From positions 41,184,001-41,248,000 of the forward strand of contig CP068257.2 of assembly GCA_009914755.4 (NCBI GenBank): 64,000 bases of DNA, given 5' to 3'. The position numbers and the translations under genes were made by a program. Source of the stretch: the human T2T-CHM13v2.0 reference genome, Homo sapiens. Under the pieces are notes generated by a model, which had not been told where the DNA came from, searched no databases, and saw only the letters and a program-made list of their open reading frames with translations. Every line of letters starts with the position of its first letter. Positions within the stretch are counted from its first letter, which is position 1. Positions 13,001 to 29,481 of the stretch are shown piece after piece.

Positions 13001-14196
13001 ATGTGCCCCATGTCGTTTTATCTAAATTGCACAAGACAAGAACCTGGTGTTCCTCCACCCATCGGAGCCGTATCACTAATAGGCCACTGGAGATCCAGCC
13101 ATTGTGACCACATTCCAGGCAGGAAGAAGAAAGCAGAAGGCAAAGAGCACGCCTCCCAAGTGAATCCCTATACAGGTTCCACCCAAATACATTTGCTTCC
13201 ATCTCTCTAGCCCTCTCTGCCTTCAAGGATGCGGGGAAATTTGTTTACTGGCACAAATCATGCCCCCAAAACAAGAGGACTTCTGTTGAAGGACAAAGGG
13301 ACGCTGGATATTGCACAGGGAACCAACAATCTTGTTCACACCTTCAGCCTGAAAAACTAGAAAAATAGACCCAGGAGGAAAACACATTTATGAAGAATGC
13401 ATCACTGAATATCATCTTGAATGTATTCTTCAATACGAAATAATTCTTTTAAGACAATTACTTTAATAAAGGATTGGTTGACAGTCACGATTATGTGCTC
13501 AAAATATACTCTTCTGATGCCTTCTCAAATCCCCCTGTCTTTACTCCCCACACACCCCATCTCCAGGGCACTAAGGCAGAGACAGAATGAAGGGTCAGTG
13601 TGCTGATAGAAACACAAGTTGACGACCACCCAAGGAAAACGAATTAGTTCAAAGAAGCAATACATTGGGAAGTTGGTCATTTGGCAAATTGGCTCTTCCA
13701 AGAATTGGCTTTTTGCAATTGCACTACAGCAAGTGAGTGAGAAAAGCAAAAGCCCCATGGGATGGGGAGGAAGATCTTCCCTAAAGACTGCAGGGGGCCT
13801 TCCTGGGGGGCCAGAGATCCTCTTCCAAGTTCGGTGAGGTCCCCGGGACTGGAGCCTTGAGTCTACCGCAGAGTAATGACTCCCTTTAAACTCTATCATC
13901 TGTAGCCGCTGGAAATGATTAAATGAAGCAAAAGCTGAAAATCACTGAGTTCAGGAGAGACTGTGTCCTAAAGACACGCAAGGGAACAAGTCCTTTGCAT
14001 GTTTGAGACTGGAGTGTGCTCCAGCAGCTTGGGAAGCAGGGGCGCCTCGCTGGGGAACCACATTACAGGAGGGAAGGGGAAGAATAAGGGCCTTAAAAAG
14101 CCTTTCACAGCTCTCCAGGGTGGGCAGCTTTTAATCCAATGCATCAAAAGTTCTCAGGATATGAGAGCAACCATTATGTGAAGGACCCAAATGCTG

Positions 14197-14456
14197 CAAG
14201 CACACACACACATGCACATGCACGCATAGGCACACACATGCACACCTACAGGCACACACAGGCACGCACACACACGTACATACTCATCACAGGTACATGC
14301 ATGCCCAGGCACATACACACATGCACAGGCACTCACACACATGTACATACACACATGCACAGGTACACATGCACAGGCACATACATGCACACACACAGGC
14401 ACGCACGCACACTCACATGCACACACGCACAAGCACACATACACATGCACACATTC
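14197..14456. repeat. Complex CA / CATG-rich microsatellite
   Basis: cacacacacatgcacatgcacgcataggcacacacatgcac... over about 260 bp. Confidence 0.9.
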
Positions 14457-15283
14457 CACTGTCTTTCCTTCCCTGGGGTTCTCCATTTCCCCTGCTGCTA
14501 GCAGTGGATCAGGAGATGCTTTCTTTCCGTTTGCACTGAGATTTGCTCCTCACTTCTCTTGCTCTGGAGCTGCGACGTCCTGGGGAAGCAGCTGTGCGCA
14601 GTAGTTGCCCTCCCCTGAGCGAGCTGTCAGTCCCCCTTGCAGAGGACACACATAGTGACAGTGTCCTCCTGCCTCTCCCCACAGGAAAAACAAAATTGTC
14701 ATTCCTCCACCAGAGATTCACTTTTCTCCATTAGGGAACTGTCCATTATTAAAATGCAAGGCGGTGACCGCCAGTTGATAAAAGGATGGAGAGTGCCTCC
14801 GAACCCTCCTGGGAGACTGGGAAATGGGAAACCCCAGGGAGGGAAAGGGAGGTGGTGCCGGTCCTGCTTTGATTCAATCGGAGCAAGAATACTTCAAAGG
14901 AAGAATAGAAAAATATTGGGTTGGAAGCTTTCTAAAAAACAAAAAGCAAGCATGGATGAATAGATGAGTCATTGACAATTTAATGGGAATTAGCTCCTCT
15001 AATCATTTCTAATTGCAACTGACAAGAAAGGGTTTTGATGCAGAAGAAAGCAGATATTTTGCAAGGGTGGAACCCTGGGTGATTCTGTTTGGGAACTGCT
15101 GACTGGAGCGGGAAGGGACCGCCAGGGGTGAGGAGGAAACACTTGGGTGGAGGCTGCAAAGGAGGCTCCCAGGCCCTAGCTTCGGGCTTTCCCGCACAGG
15201 GGCCTGCCGCCCTGGTGATCTCCCTTGGGCCAGCAGGGACTCTAGACTCTGCCTCTACAGCCAGATAGCTGGGTTTACATTCA

Positions 15284-15600
<317 letters not shown>

Positions 15601-15821
15601 AATGCATTATTTGCTTAACCTCCTGGGCCTCAGCTGCCTTCATTAAAAGGGGTAAGAGTCACATCACCACCTTGTTGTGAAGATTAAATGAAATCATGAA
15701 TGTGCACCCATGCAGGGGTAGGGCATAGCGCCCTATGCAGACATAGGGCATCCACGGAAAAGTCAGCTTTTACTGTCCTCACACAGTGGGAGGGAAATGT
15801 TTGGTTTTTGAGGGTTTTTTT

Positions 15822-16118
15822 TAATTTTTTTTTTTTTTTTTGAGACAGTCTCTGTCACCTAGGCTGGAGTGCAGTGGTGCTATCTTGGCTTGCTGCAGCC
15901 TCCACCTCCAGGGCTCAGGTGATTCTCCCCTCAGCATCCTGAGTAGCTGGGATGACAGGTGCATGCCACCAAGCCCGGCTAATTTTTGTATTTTTTGTAG
16001 AGATGGGGTCTCACTGTGTTGCCCAGGCTGGTCTTGAACTCCTGGGCTCAAGCGATCCACCCTCCTCAGCTTTCCAAAGTGCTGGGACTACAGGTGTGAG
16101 CCACCGCACCTGGCCATT
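15822..16118 (-). mobile_element. Alu SINE (reverse)
   Basis: poly-T gagacagtctctgtcacctaggctggagtgcagtgg...gtgtgagccaccgcacctggcc. Confidence 0.9.
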
Positions 16119-16379
16119 GTTTTATTCTAGATCAGATGATGCCCACCTCCAGGACTGCCTCTGTACTGACCACACTCCCTCTTGGTATGGTCATCCATGG
16201 GTCAGGTGTTTGGTCTTGCACAAAAATGTGTCTATGTGTGGTAAAATATATACTGTATAACATAAATTTTATGATTTTAACTATTTTTAGTTTTAGGGAC
16301 AAACTACCCCAAAAAGCCTCTTGGTACTGCCAACATTCCCCCCAGACCCCTCCGTGCTGCCCACCCCTCCCTGAAAGCT

Positions 16380-16960
16380 TTTTACATTTTTAAGCCCTTA
16401 TCTAGGCACCGTGGTGAAGCCAGCAGACTTTACCTATCAGGCCTTGCTACGATAAACAAACCCCAATTACAAACCATCCGTACCCCACAGTGGGAGGTCC
16501 TGGGAAGCATAAACAAACTTTACCTACACCCTCCTGTAAGTTCCTTCATCTAGCTGCTACCATAAACGTCATAAGGTGATATATGGCAAAGTTAACCAAC
16601 AAACGACCCCAGGGTCTCTAACCCCCATATAAACCCCTCATTTTGCAAGCTCAGGGCTGCCTCCTCTGTCTGTAATGGAGCAGCCGGCAGGTTAATCAAG
16701 GCTTGACTGAACTTGGGTCTCTCTGGCTTGTCCTTTCTCTCAGCTGACCCTACATTCAGGTGTATAGTTGTCAATAGAGAAAAATGACGAGACAAATCTC
16801 ATTTTAGGAGATTTATTTGCCAAAGTTAAGGGCACACGCCTGTGACACAGCCTCAGGAAGTCCTGATGACATGTGCCCAAGGTGGTCAGGGCACAGCTTG
16901 GTTTTATACATTTTAGGGAGACGTAAGACATTAATCAATATGTGTAAGAAGTACACTGGT
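16380..16960 (-). repeat. ERV LTR-like repeat, same family as 2100-2520
   Basis: 16840-16930 shares ggaagtcctgatgacatgtgcccaaggtggtcagggcacagcttgg with 2860-2940. Confidence 0.35.
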
Positions 16961-18928
16961 TCCATCCAGAAAGGCAAAGGCTTCTGTAAAAAGTAAAAGT
17001 AGAGGTTCCTCTTCAAAGACTTTCCTCCCCATGTAACTAGGAATAAATAGTAACTTCTCTTAGAAGCAAAATTTATTCAAAGACCTATGCTCCTAAATAT
17101 TTGCCCTGGCATGCTTATACTGGTCCAAGCAAGCATTAGGTCATAGCCTGTTCCTCTTCCTTATTTAAAAGTTTTTTTTACCTTTCTCAGCATTCCACAA
17201 GTTACTTCCTCCTTCCTTTGTTCTCCTCTGCCTTTGCCTCTTTAAAAAAGTTCTAAGGTGCTAGCCAGTCGGGACAAATACAGAATGTGAGGTCCTGTTC
17301 CAGCCAATGGAAACCAGACACAACAGTAGGGTGGATGCGTCAGGTTATAAATGACCCTGTCTCCTTTGTTCGGTGTACTCTCATGGCAAAACTGCTGGTG
17401 AGTGTACCTTTTCTACAGGAAGTAAAAATGGCCTTACTAAATAAATTAAATTATGTCCAAGTGCTATTTCTTTATGGCACCGGGAGCAAGCATTTAAAAG
17501 ACTTCCATGTCACAGGTAGGTGAGAGACAAATGGTTGCATTATTTTGAGTTTCTGATAAGCCTTTCCAAAGGAGACAATCAGATATGCATCTATCTCAGT
17601 GAGCAGAGGGGTGACTTTGAATACAATGAAAGGTAGGTTTGCACTGAGCAGTTTCCAGCTTGAATTTTCCTTCTAGTTTTTAGGGATTTTAGGGGCCCAA
17701 GATATTTTCCTTTCACATTTCCCCCCTTTTCGTCTTTAAAATCTTTTGGAGAAAGCAGTTTAGAAGAAAATGGATCTCTGATCTTAGGTTTTATGTGATT
17801 TCTTATGGCTAGGACAGTTTATTCCTAGATGGGCAGGTCCCAAAAGCTCCTTTTCAGCATGTTATGAAGTCTCATGTCCTGTGAAGAGAAAATAGGGGGA
17901 GGAAGGGAGAAAAACAACAACAAACAAAAGAACAATCCTGAAAAATTCATATAGGCCACATTACTCTGAAGTCTATACATCAGTAGGCAGGTATGAAAGT
18001 GGCTTATGTATGTAAATATGTTGCTGTTACTTTCTTCTGAAGTTTAAGTTATCTGGTTTCAGTTCACAGGGCTTTAAGAAAAAACAGCTTAGTTTTCAGT
18101 GATTCCAAATTAGAAAAAAAATTGAAAAAAAGAAGGAAAACAATTTAAAAACATTATTTTCTGTAATGAGTATACCAAATTGTTAAAAGTATACTAAATT
18201 GTTAAAAGCTGTCAATAGTTTAAAAGAAAAGTCTTAAGACTCTGAAAAACAAAACAAAGGATCAGCAAACATTTTAAGCAAAAAGTCAAAAAGATTAGTT
18301 CAGTCCATACAGGTAATTCCTGTTCTGCTTGATACTCATGAACATTTTAGCTCTCTATGAGTCCTGAAAGCTTTTCCTCTATTCTGATGTCACAATCTCC
18401 AAAGTTATCAGAAACCTGCATTGAAGAGCACCTGTTAGAGTTTTATAGCTGATTATAAAACCATCATTTTAATAGGACCAAAATAAGACAATTGTTCATG
18501 AATGACAAAAAATTTTAGGACAGCCATAGTCAAAGACACAATTGACAAGGAAACTTGTTACCTCTATGGCACACAATAATTTTAACATAACAATTATGAT
18601 TATTTCTGATAATGTACACTAAGTTATATCAGAATTATAGGAGTTTCCCAAAATTTTGGAATACATACCAATAACGTATTTATACAAATACAGCCCAAAG
18701 AAAACCCAACACCATTTCATATTTGACAATGCTTCCTGTATACTTTTTGTACTAAATAAACCAAATTATGTCATTGTTTGGACTTTAGGGAACCTAATAT
18801 CTTAAAGGATTAATTAGGTCAGAAAAAGACATAATTTATCATTTGATTTTGGAAAGTTTGTCAAATATGAAAGGTTTAAGACACTTGATATCACAAAGTA
18901 GGATCCCAGGTCATTGTAAGTCATTCAT

Positions 18929-19232
18929 GCTGGGCATGGTAGCTCATGCCTGTAATCCCAGCACTTTGGGAGGCTGAAGTGGGCAGATCACCCAAGGTCA
19001 GGAGTTCAAGACCAGCCTGGCCAACACGGCGAAACCCCATCTCTACCAAAAATACAGAAAGTAGCTTGGTGTGGTGGTGGACACCTGTAGTCCCAGCTAC
19101 TCGGAGGTTGAGGCAGGAGAATTGCTTGAACCCATAAGTTGGAGGTTGCGGTAAGCTGAGATTGCACCACTGCACTCCAGCCTGGGCAACAGAGCAAGAC
19201 TCCATTTCAATAAAAATAAAATAAGTCATTCA
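18929..19232 (+). mobile_element. Alu SINE
   Basis: gctgggcatggtagctcatgcctgtaatcccagcactttgggaggctgaag... Confidence 0.9.
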
Positions 19233-20291
19233 CTTAACCAAAGTGATAACAAGGATTTCAGGAAAAAGGTGAAAACCTTTATTCTTTGAGAGAGGAGACT
19301 TAATTTTCCAAACAATAATCCCTAATAAAAACAGCATGAATCTAATTAAATTTGTTGTTCAAAATTTTATAAACAATCTATAAAATTTTAATCTTGATCA
19401 TAAGATATAGCTTCGTATGCCTTTTATACCCTTTATAACCTTTATTAAAGAGCCAGTTAATGCTTCAAGAAAACCTTGTTAATCTGACACAGGGGCCCAA
19501 ATGCTTGTCTTGCATCAGTGTACCTTTGATATTAATGATTAATTTATAGATAAATTGAACTTATTTTATCTTTCAAAATTCGCTCTTACAATCTCATGCA
19601 CCCACCTCTTCCACAATAGTCTCTGGGCCTTGAGGAGTTGAACAGCTTTAATTTTTTACTCTGTGTCTCAGGAATGAGTTTATTTTGACTGGCATCTTCT
19701 ATGGGCCTGTAGATGAGGCTTCAATTGCTGTCAATGTTTAAGACTTAGCAGGACTAGGTGTCCTTTTTAGACCCAGGAGTCAAAGCCCTGTAATTCAGTG
19801 TCACAAGCACTTTAAAAGCACATACAGGAAGATACGTGGATGTAATAAACTTAATTTAAAAAATTTTTATCCCAGTTTTTTTTCCTAAGCAAACCAAAAC
19901 TTAATAATGACAACTTGATCATATTAAAGTTTCAGGTTTTTTTTAATACATATATCCTCTTATTGAGACTTAACACTGACTGTTCATGACATGCTTGGAC
20001 TTTGTTTTGTCCTGAATATTCCTCCTTCTTAAACAACCAGTCATTTTATTTTAGGACTAAATTTACCATAAAAAAATTATTTCTCTTTAAGCTTTCTTAT
20101 GACAAAAAAAAACTATTTTTATAACTTTATCTCTGTTTTTATTTCCTGATTCCTTTTACCCTGTTGTATACATAACATTTAAATAAATTTTGAATTAGAC
20201 AAAACTTGTTTACCTTTTCTAAAAAGGACACAGTTTTTTTTAGCAAAAATGTTTTCCTACAATATATATTTATTGGAAAATACCCAAATAA

Positions 20292-20772
<481 letters not shown>

Positions 20773-21446
20773 CCTGCCTCAGTTATTTCTTTATAGCAAT
20801 GCAAGAAAGGACAAATATAGGATGGACTTGAGAACAGTAGACCTTATTACCTCATGTGGTTGCTATGAGGACAAAATGGGTTAATATTTTTAAAACACTA
20901 AAGGCAAGTCCTGGCACACAAGTTTCTATACCTGCTTACTAAGTAACCATTTTCCTGCTCTGCCATCCTTTGTGAAGTACCTTATGGGCCAAAATGGTGC
21001 TGAAGCACCAGCCATTATGACTGCATGACAGGAAGGAGGATAAGGCACAATATTTCCCCTCATACTTGGAAAAACAATTTTCTAAAATTAGGATTCCATC
21101 ACCAAGGAGAAACATTCATTTTACTACACACTGCTGTGAATTTATCTCACTAAATAATGCTATTGTCTTTGTCCATTTTCTGTTGCTTATAACAGAATTC
21201 CTGAGGCCGGGTCATTTGTAAAGAAAGGGAATTTATTTCTTCCATTATGGAGGCTGAGAAATCTAAGGTTAAGGCACCACATCTGATGAGGGCCTTCCTG
21301 CTGGTGGGGACTCTCTGCAGCACAGGGTATCACGTGAGGGGCTGAGTGTGCTAGCCCAGGTGTCTCTTTCTCCTCTTATAAAGCCATTAATGCCACCACC
21401 ATGATAACCTGTTACTCATTTACCCATTAACCCATTAATGGACTAA

Positions 21447-21798
<352 letters not shown>

Positions 21799-22399
21799 TG
21801 GCCCCAATCACTTCTTAAACTTAATCTCTACATTGGGGATCAATTTCTAAATGGGTTTGGGAAAGGACAAGCATTCAAACATAGCAGGTTCTTTTCCTCA
21901 ACAATAAATTCCCATCTTCATTTTATTGGGATCTCACTGTCTGAGCTCTTTATTCTCTTTTCCCCAGGAAGATTGTGCTTGAGAAACAATCATCAAGTCT
22001 GTTGGTCCACATCTCCCGCGCACTCCCTGGATACCCCCAACAGGCCAATCCATCAAGCCACAGCTCAGTTTCCAGGGCTTTAAGAGAAGCAGAAGAAACG
22101 CTTCCACAGTCCTCATTGTGTGCAGGGAATGAGCATGAGTTATGGGGGCTCCTCAATGCTGAGCCTAGCCACCCCACTGCTGCATCCCCACAGCCCTTCC
22201 AGAGGGTCTCTATCCCTCCTTATCTAAGAGCAAATCCGGGCTCCATGTCACTGAGTGCTTACTCATCCCCAGGAAGAGGCAGTTGTTGCACTACGGGGTT
22301 TTTTTCTGTAATAAATGTCCTTTATTTTATCAGAGCATGGCACTGAAAGAAAAGAAATCAAATGTATAACTTGCAAACCAGTGGAGTGAGGAAAAGAGG

Positions 22400-22880
22400 A
22401 GGAGGTGCGTAAAACACAACCAACCCAAAAGAAGGGGGTTGATGCCAGTTAAAAAGTGGATGCAGTAAAAAGAAAATACGAAATAAGTTGGGAAAACTGA
22501 GTCAAAATATACTAGAATTCTATTTCATATAAATAATGTAGTCAGTTAAAAGACAGACTTCTTAAAGTAAAAGAAAAAAATCCAGCCATCTGCTGTTTAC
22601 AAGAGACATACCTAAAATATAATGAAAAAAGGAGGACTAAGAAAAGAGTTGGGGAAAATATACCAAGAAAATACGAAATCAAAAGAAAGCTGTTGTCACA
22701 ATTTTGATATCACACAAAAGTGACTTTGAGACAAATAGCTTTATTAGGGATAAAGAGGGTCCTGGCTTAGTAGTAAAAGGAAGAATTTTTGAGGAAAGGC
22801 AAACTTTGAACCTATGAGCCACCAAGTAAATGTTTTCAAATATGTAAAACCTAAATTCAAAAAGTTAATATATTTTCAAC
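22400..22880 (+). mobile_element. Old L1 fragment (ORF2 endonuclease region)
   Basis: Translation resembles L1 ORF2 N-terminus: ...IQPSAVYKRHT.KYNEKRRTKKRVGENIPRKYEIKRKLLSQF.YHTKVTLRQIAL.GIKRVLA..KGRIFEEGKL.TYEPPSKCFQICKT.IQKVN. Confidence 0.6.
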
Positions 22881-24118
22881 TTCTTCCATTCCTCTTCCTT
22901 CTCCTTCCTCACTCTCTCCTTCTCTCCCTTCCTTAATAATTTAGTTTAAAATCTATTAGACTGAGCAAGGTGATGGTGGGCCCCCTGGTGGCATGAAGCG
23001 CAGCAGCAGGAGGAGGGGCAGCATCACAGGCCTGGAGTAGGTGTCAGAGTCCAGGTGGTGGAGGGGCCAGGATGGCAGACCAGCGTAGGATGGTAGGGTG
23101 GCAGGGCCCAGCTGGGCACTATGGACCAAGTTGTATCCCTCAACATTCAAATATTGAATCCCTATGTGACTACATTTGGAGATGGGGCTTTTAGGAGGTA
23201 AATAAGGAAGGTTCCATGAGGTCATAAGGGTGGGACCCTCATCTGATAGGACTGGTACCCCTCTAGGAGAGAAGAAGAAAGTCTATGTGAGAACACAGCA
23301 TGAAGGTAGCTGTCCACAAGCCAGGAAAGGAGCCCTTACTGGGAACCCGACCAGGCCAGCACCTTGATCTCAGACTTCTTGCCTCCAGAAGCCCCAATGC
23401 AATGAGGAGGTATCCACGGGACCTGGCCCCAGAATTGTCCTGGTGCAGAGTTCCAGATCCCAAAAGGGATGAGGAGAGTTTACTTATGGGGACAGCAGTG
23501 GCCCACAGAGTGCCAGGACCCGAGAAGAGTGGTCAGGACATCCATGTTAGGAGGTGGGTCATCCACTGGAAATTGGTCAGACACTGGGGATTGATACAAT
23601 AGTAAATACACTGATGATAATGGGAACCAGGTTTCTCACTGTTGGAAAAGGGAGTCACAAATCTGGAAAGGGAGAAAATGAGAATGCGCTCCATGGGGTT
23701 GGGTCGGAGGAACTGGTGTGCACTCATGGTCTTCAATATAAGTACAGAAATAGATCCGCATAGAAATGTGTGTATTAATATGCTTGTTTCCTTGCTCTGT
23801 CCACTGAGAAGGCCTTAGACCTCAACAGTAATGAATACACCTAGAGCTCAGATCTTGGTTTCTAAATACCATTCTCCAATATATAAAATCAGGGCTCCCT
23901 GGAGAAATGGCTGATTGTAGAGCTTGGGCAGGAAAGGTACAAAATAAGCCTGAAATCTTTTTTTATAGAAACAAGGCAGTGCTCAAAGAATGATGGGACA
24001 TGTCAAAAAACAACACAGGGGAAAAGAGGTGGAGCAAGATGGCCAAATGGAATCCTCCACCAATTGTCCTCCCAAATTTAACAATGATCTACACAAAAAA
24101 GCACCTGCATAAGAACTA

Positions 24119-24454
<336 letters not shown>

Positions 24455-27400
24455 TCACAGTTTTAACTTCGTATTACTGAAAGAGGCACCACAGAGGGTA
24501 GGAAAGGCACTCTTTAATTGCTGACACCATCCCTCTGCTGCCCGCTGGCAGCTGTCGCATGGCACAGAGCAATCATCTGTGTGCTTGTGGGAGGGAAGGT
24601 GCAGTGATTGTGGGACTTTGCATTGAACTCAGTGCTGCTGCTTTGTCACAACAGAAAGCAAAACTGGGCTGAACTCAGCCAGCGCCCACCCATGGAGGGA
24701 GCACTTAGACTAGCCCTAGCCAGAGAGAAATTGCCCATCCCAGTGACTGGAACTTCAGTTTGGGCAAGCTTTGCCACCACAGGCTAAAGTTCTCTGGGGG
24801 CCTAAATAAACTTTAAAGGCAGTCTAGGCCACAAGGACTGCAACCCCTTGGCAAGACCTAGTGCTGTGCTAAGCTCAGATCCAGTGGACTTGGGGGACAT
24901 GTGACCTAGTTAGACACCAGCTTGGGTGGCTAAGGGAGTGCTTGCACCATCCCTCCTCCAACCCCAGGCAGCACAGCTCACGGCAATGAAAGCAACTCCT
25001 TCCTTCTGCTTGAGGAGACAAGAGGGAAAAATAAAGAGGACTTTGTCTTGCGTCTTGCATACCAGCTCGGCCACAGTAGGACAGGGCACTGGGCAGAGTT
25101 GTGAGGCCCCTATTCCAAGCCCTAGATCCTGGATGATACTTCCAGACACACCTGGGCCAGACAGAAACCTACTGCCTTGAAGGGAAGGACTCAGTCTTGG
25201 CAGGATTCATCACCTACTGACAAAAGGGCCCTTGGACCCTGAATAACTAGTAACGATACCAGGTAGTACACCACGGGCCTTGAGTGAGACTGAGATGTGC
25301 TGGTTTCAGTTTCTATCTCGGCCACAATGGGGTAGAGCACCAAGTGGGCTCTTGGGGTCCCTGACACAAGGCCTTGTCTTTTGGGTTCCCTGAGCAAGGC
25401 AATTCTGGACCTGCCTTGGGCAAGGGGGTGCCCATTGCCCTGAAGGGAGGGTCCCAGGCCTGGCAGCATTTACCACAAGCTGACTGAAGAGCCCCTGGGC
25501 TCTAAGTGAACACTGATGGTAATCAGGTAATACTCTCCATGGGCTTGTAACGGTAGTAGCCATGGGAGAGGCTCCTCTGCTTACGGAAGTGGGAGGAAAG
25601 AGTGGGAAGAAATTTGTCTTGTGGTTTGAGTGCCCACTTAACTGTAATAGAATAGAACACCAGCTAGATTTCTAAGGTTTTTTGAGTCCAGTTTCTGGCT
25701 TCCAGATGGCATCCCTGGACCCACTTGGGGCCTGGGGGAACTCACTGCCCTGAAAGGAAGAATATAAGCCTGGCCGGCTTCACCACCTGCTGATTGTAGA
25801 GCCCTATGGCCTTGAGTAAACATAGGCAGTAGCAAGGTAGTAATTACGGCAGGCCTTGGGTGAGATTCAGTGTTGTGCTGGTTACAGGTCTGACCCAGCA
25901 CAGTCCCAGTGGTGGTAGCCACGAGGGTGCTTGTGTCACCCTACCCTCAGCTCCAGGCAGCTCAGCACAGACAGACAGACTCCATTTGTTTGGGAGAAAG
26001 TAAAGGAAGAGAACAAAATCTCTGCCTGGTAAGCCAGAGAATTCTTCTGGATCTTATCCAAGACCACGAAGGCAATACCTCTATGAGTCTGCAACAACCA
26101 CACTGTTACAGGGCTTCAGGTGCCCCCCACCCCGCCCAGTGCAGATACAGCTTAGATCAAAACACCTAAGTCCCTTCAAATACCTAGAAAGCCTCCCCAA
26201 GAAGGATGGGTACAAATAAACCCAGACTGTAAAGACTAAAATAAATACCTAACTCTTCAATGCCCAGACATCAATGAACATCCACAAGCATCACAACCAT
26301 TCAGGACAACATGACCTCATCAAATGAACTAAATAAGGCAGCAGGGACCAATCCTGGAGAAACAGAGATACGAGATCTTTCAGACAGAGAATTCAAAAGA
26401 GCTATTTTGAGGAAATTCACAGAAATTCAAGATAACACAGAGACAGAATTCAGAATTCTATCAGATAAATTTAACAAATAGATTGAAATAATTCAAGAGA
26501 GTCAAGCAGAAATTCTGAAATTGATACATGCAATTGACATAATGAAGAACATATTAGAGTCTCTTAATAGCAGAATTGATCAAACAGAAGAAAACATCAG
26601 TGAGCTTGAAGATAGGCTATTTGAAAACACACAGTCAGGGGAGATGAAAAAAGAATAAAAATAATGAAACATGCTGACAAGACCTAAAAAATAGCCTCTA
26701 AGGGGCAAATCTAAGAGTTATTGCCTTAAAGAGGAGGTAGAAAAAGAGATAGGGGTAGAAGCTTATTCAAAGAGATAATAATGAGAACTTTCTAAACCTA
26801 GACAAAGACATTAATATTCAAGTACAAGAAAGTTACAGAACACCAAGCAGATTTAACCCAAAGACGAGCACCTCAAGGCATTTAATAATCAAACTCCCAT
26901 AGGACAAAGAAAGGATCCTAGAAGTAGCAAGAGAAAAGAAACAAATAACTTACAATAGAGCTACAATATGACTGGCAGCAGACTTCTCAGTGGAAATCTT
27001 ACAGGCCAGGAGAGAGTGGCATGATGTATTTAAAGGGCTGAAGAAGAAAAAAAAAAAAAAAACTTTTACCCTAGAATAGTACATCTGGTGAGAAAATATC
27101 CTTAAATAAAGACTTTCCCAGACAAACAAAAGCTGAGGGATTTCACATTCTTTTAAATGCTGTATAATAACCCATAAAATGAATGTACCATATTTAACAC
27201 GTAATGTTTAACACATTATTAAATGCCTAGGGGCATTATTCAATAATGAAGCATGCCTATAAAAACTAGAAAATAGCCTCAAAGGGGTGAATCTAAGAGG
27301 AGGTAGACAAAGAAACAGGGGTAGAAGTTTATTCAAAAAGATAACAACAAAGAACTTTCCAAACCTAGAGAAAGAGATCAATATTCAAGTACAAGAAGGT

Positions 27401-28725
27401 TATAGAACACTCCTCACCAGACTTGTCCTACAAGAAACGCTAAGAAAGTTTCTTCAATCAGAAAGAAAAGGACATTAATGAGAAGTAAGAAAACTTCTGA
27501 AGGTATGAAAGTCACTGGTAATAGTAAGTACACAGAAAAACACAGAATATTATAACACTGTAATTATGGTGTGTAAACTACTTTTAAGTAGAAAGACTAA
27601 AAGACGAACCAATAAAAAATAATAACTACAACAACTTTTTAAGACATAGACAGTACAATAAGGTATAGATAGAATCAACAAAAGGTTGAAAAGCAGAGGG
27701 ATGAAGTTAAAGTATGGGGTTTTCATTAGTTTTCTTTTTGCTTACTTATGTAATCAATGTTAAGTTGTCATCAGTTTAAGATAACGCATTATAAGACAGT
27801 ATTTGCAAGCCTCATGTTAACCTCAAATCAAAAAAATGCAATGAATAAGAAATAATAAAAAGCAAGAAATGAAATCATACCACCACAGAAAATCACCTTC
27901 ACTGAAAAGAAGACAGGAAGGAAAGAAGGAAGACCACAAAACAACCAGAAAACAAATTACAAAACTGCAGGAGTAAGTCCTTACTTATCAGTAATACTAA
28001 ACTCTCCAGAAAAGACATAGAGTGGCTGAAAGGATTTAAAAATAAACAAACAAAAACCAAAAAAAGACCCAGTTATCTGTTGCCTACAAGAAACACACTT
28101 CATCTATAAAGACACACACAGAGTGAAAATAAACAGATGGAAAAAGATATTCTATGAATATGGAAACCAAAAGACAGCAGGATAGCTACAGTTCTGTAAG
28201 ACAAGATAGATTTCAAGAGAAAAACTAAAGAAGAGGCAAAGAAGGCCATTATATAAATAATAAAGGAGTCAATTCAGCAAGAGGATATAACAAGTGTAAA
28301 TACATATGCACCCAACACTGGAGCACCCAGATACATAAAGCAAATATAATTAGAGCTAAAGAGAGAGATAGACCCCAATACAACAATAACTGGAGACTTC
28401 AACACCCCACTTTCAGTATTGAACAGATCTTTCAGACAGAAAATCAACAAAAATAATCAGACATAATCTCTGCTATAGACCAAATGGACCTAATAGATAT
28501 TTATAGAACATTTCATCAAACAGTTGCAGCATATACATTCTTCTCCTCAGCACATGGATAGTTCTCAAGGAGAAATAATATGTTAGGTCACAAAACAAGT
28601 CTTAAAACATTCAAAAAACTGAAATAATCTCAAGCATGTTCGCTGCCCACAATGGACTAAAACCAGAAATCAGTACCAAGGGGAATTTTGAAAACTATAC
28701 AAATACATGGAGATTAAACAATATG

Positions 28726-28832
28726 CTAGAATCGCTCGAACCCAGGAGGTGGAGGTTGCAGTGAGCCAAGATTGTGCCACTGCACTCCAGACTGGATGAT
28801 AGAGCAAGACTCCATCTCAAAAAAAAAAAAAT
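28726..28832 (+). mobile_element. Alu 3' fragment inserted in L1 ORF2
   Basis: gaatcgctcgaacccaggaggtggaggttgcagtgagccaagattgtgccactgcactccagactgg...poly-A. Confidence 0.8.
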
Positions 28833-29043
28833 TTTAAAAAAAACAAAAACAACATGCTCCTGAGTGACTAGTGGGTCAATGATGAAATTAAGAAGAAAAC
28901 TGAAAATTTTCTTGAAACAAGTGATAACAGAAACACAATATGGGATAAAGCAAAGCAGTACTAATAGGGAAGTTTATAGCCATAGGGTCTACATTAAAAA
29001 AAAAAAAAAGATGCCAGGTGCAGTTTAATCCCAGCCTGGGAGG

Positions 29044-29481
<438 letters not shown>

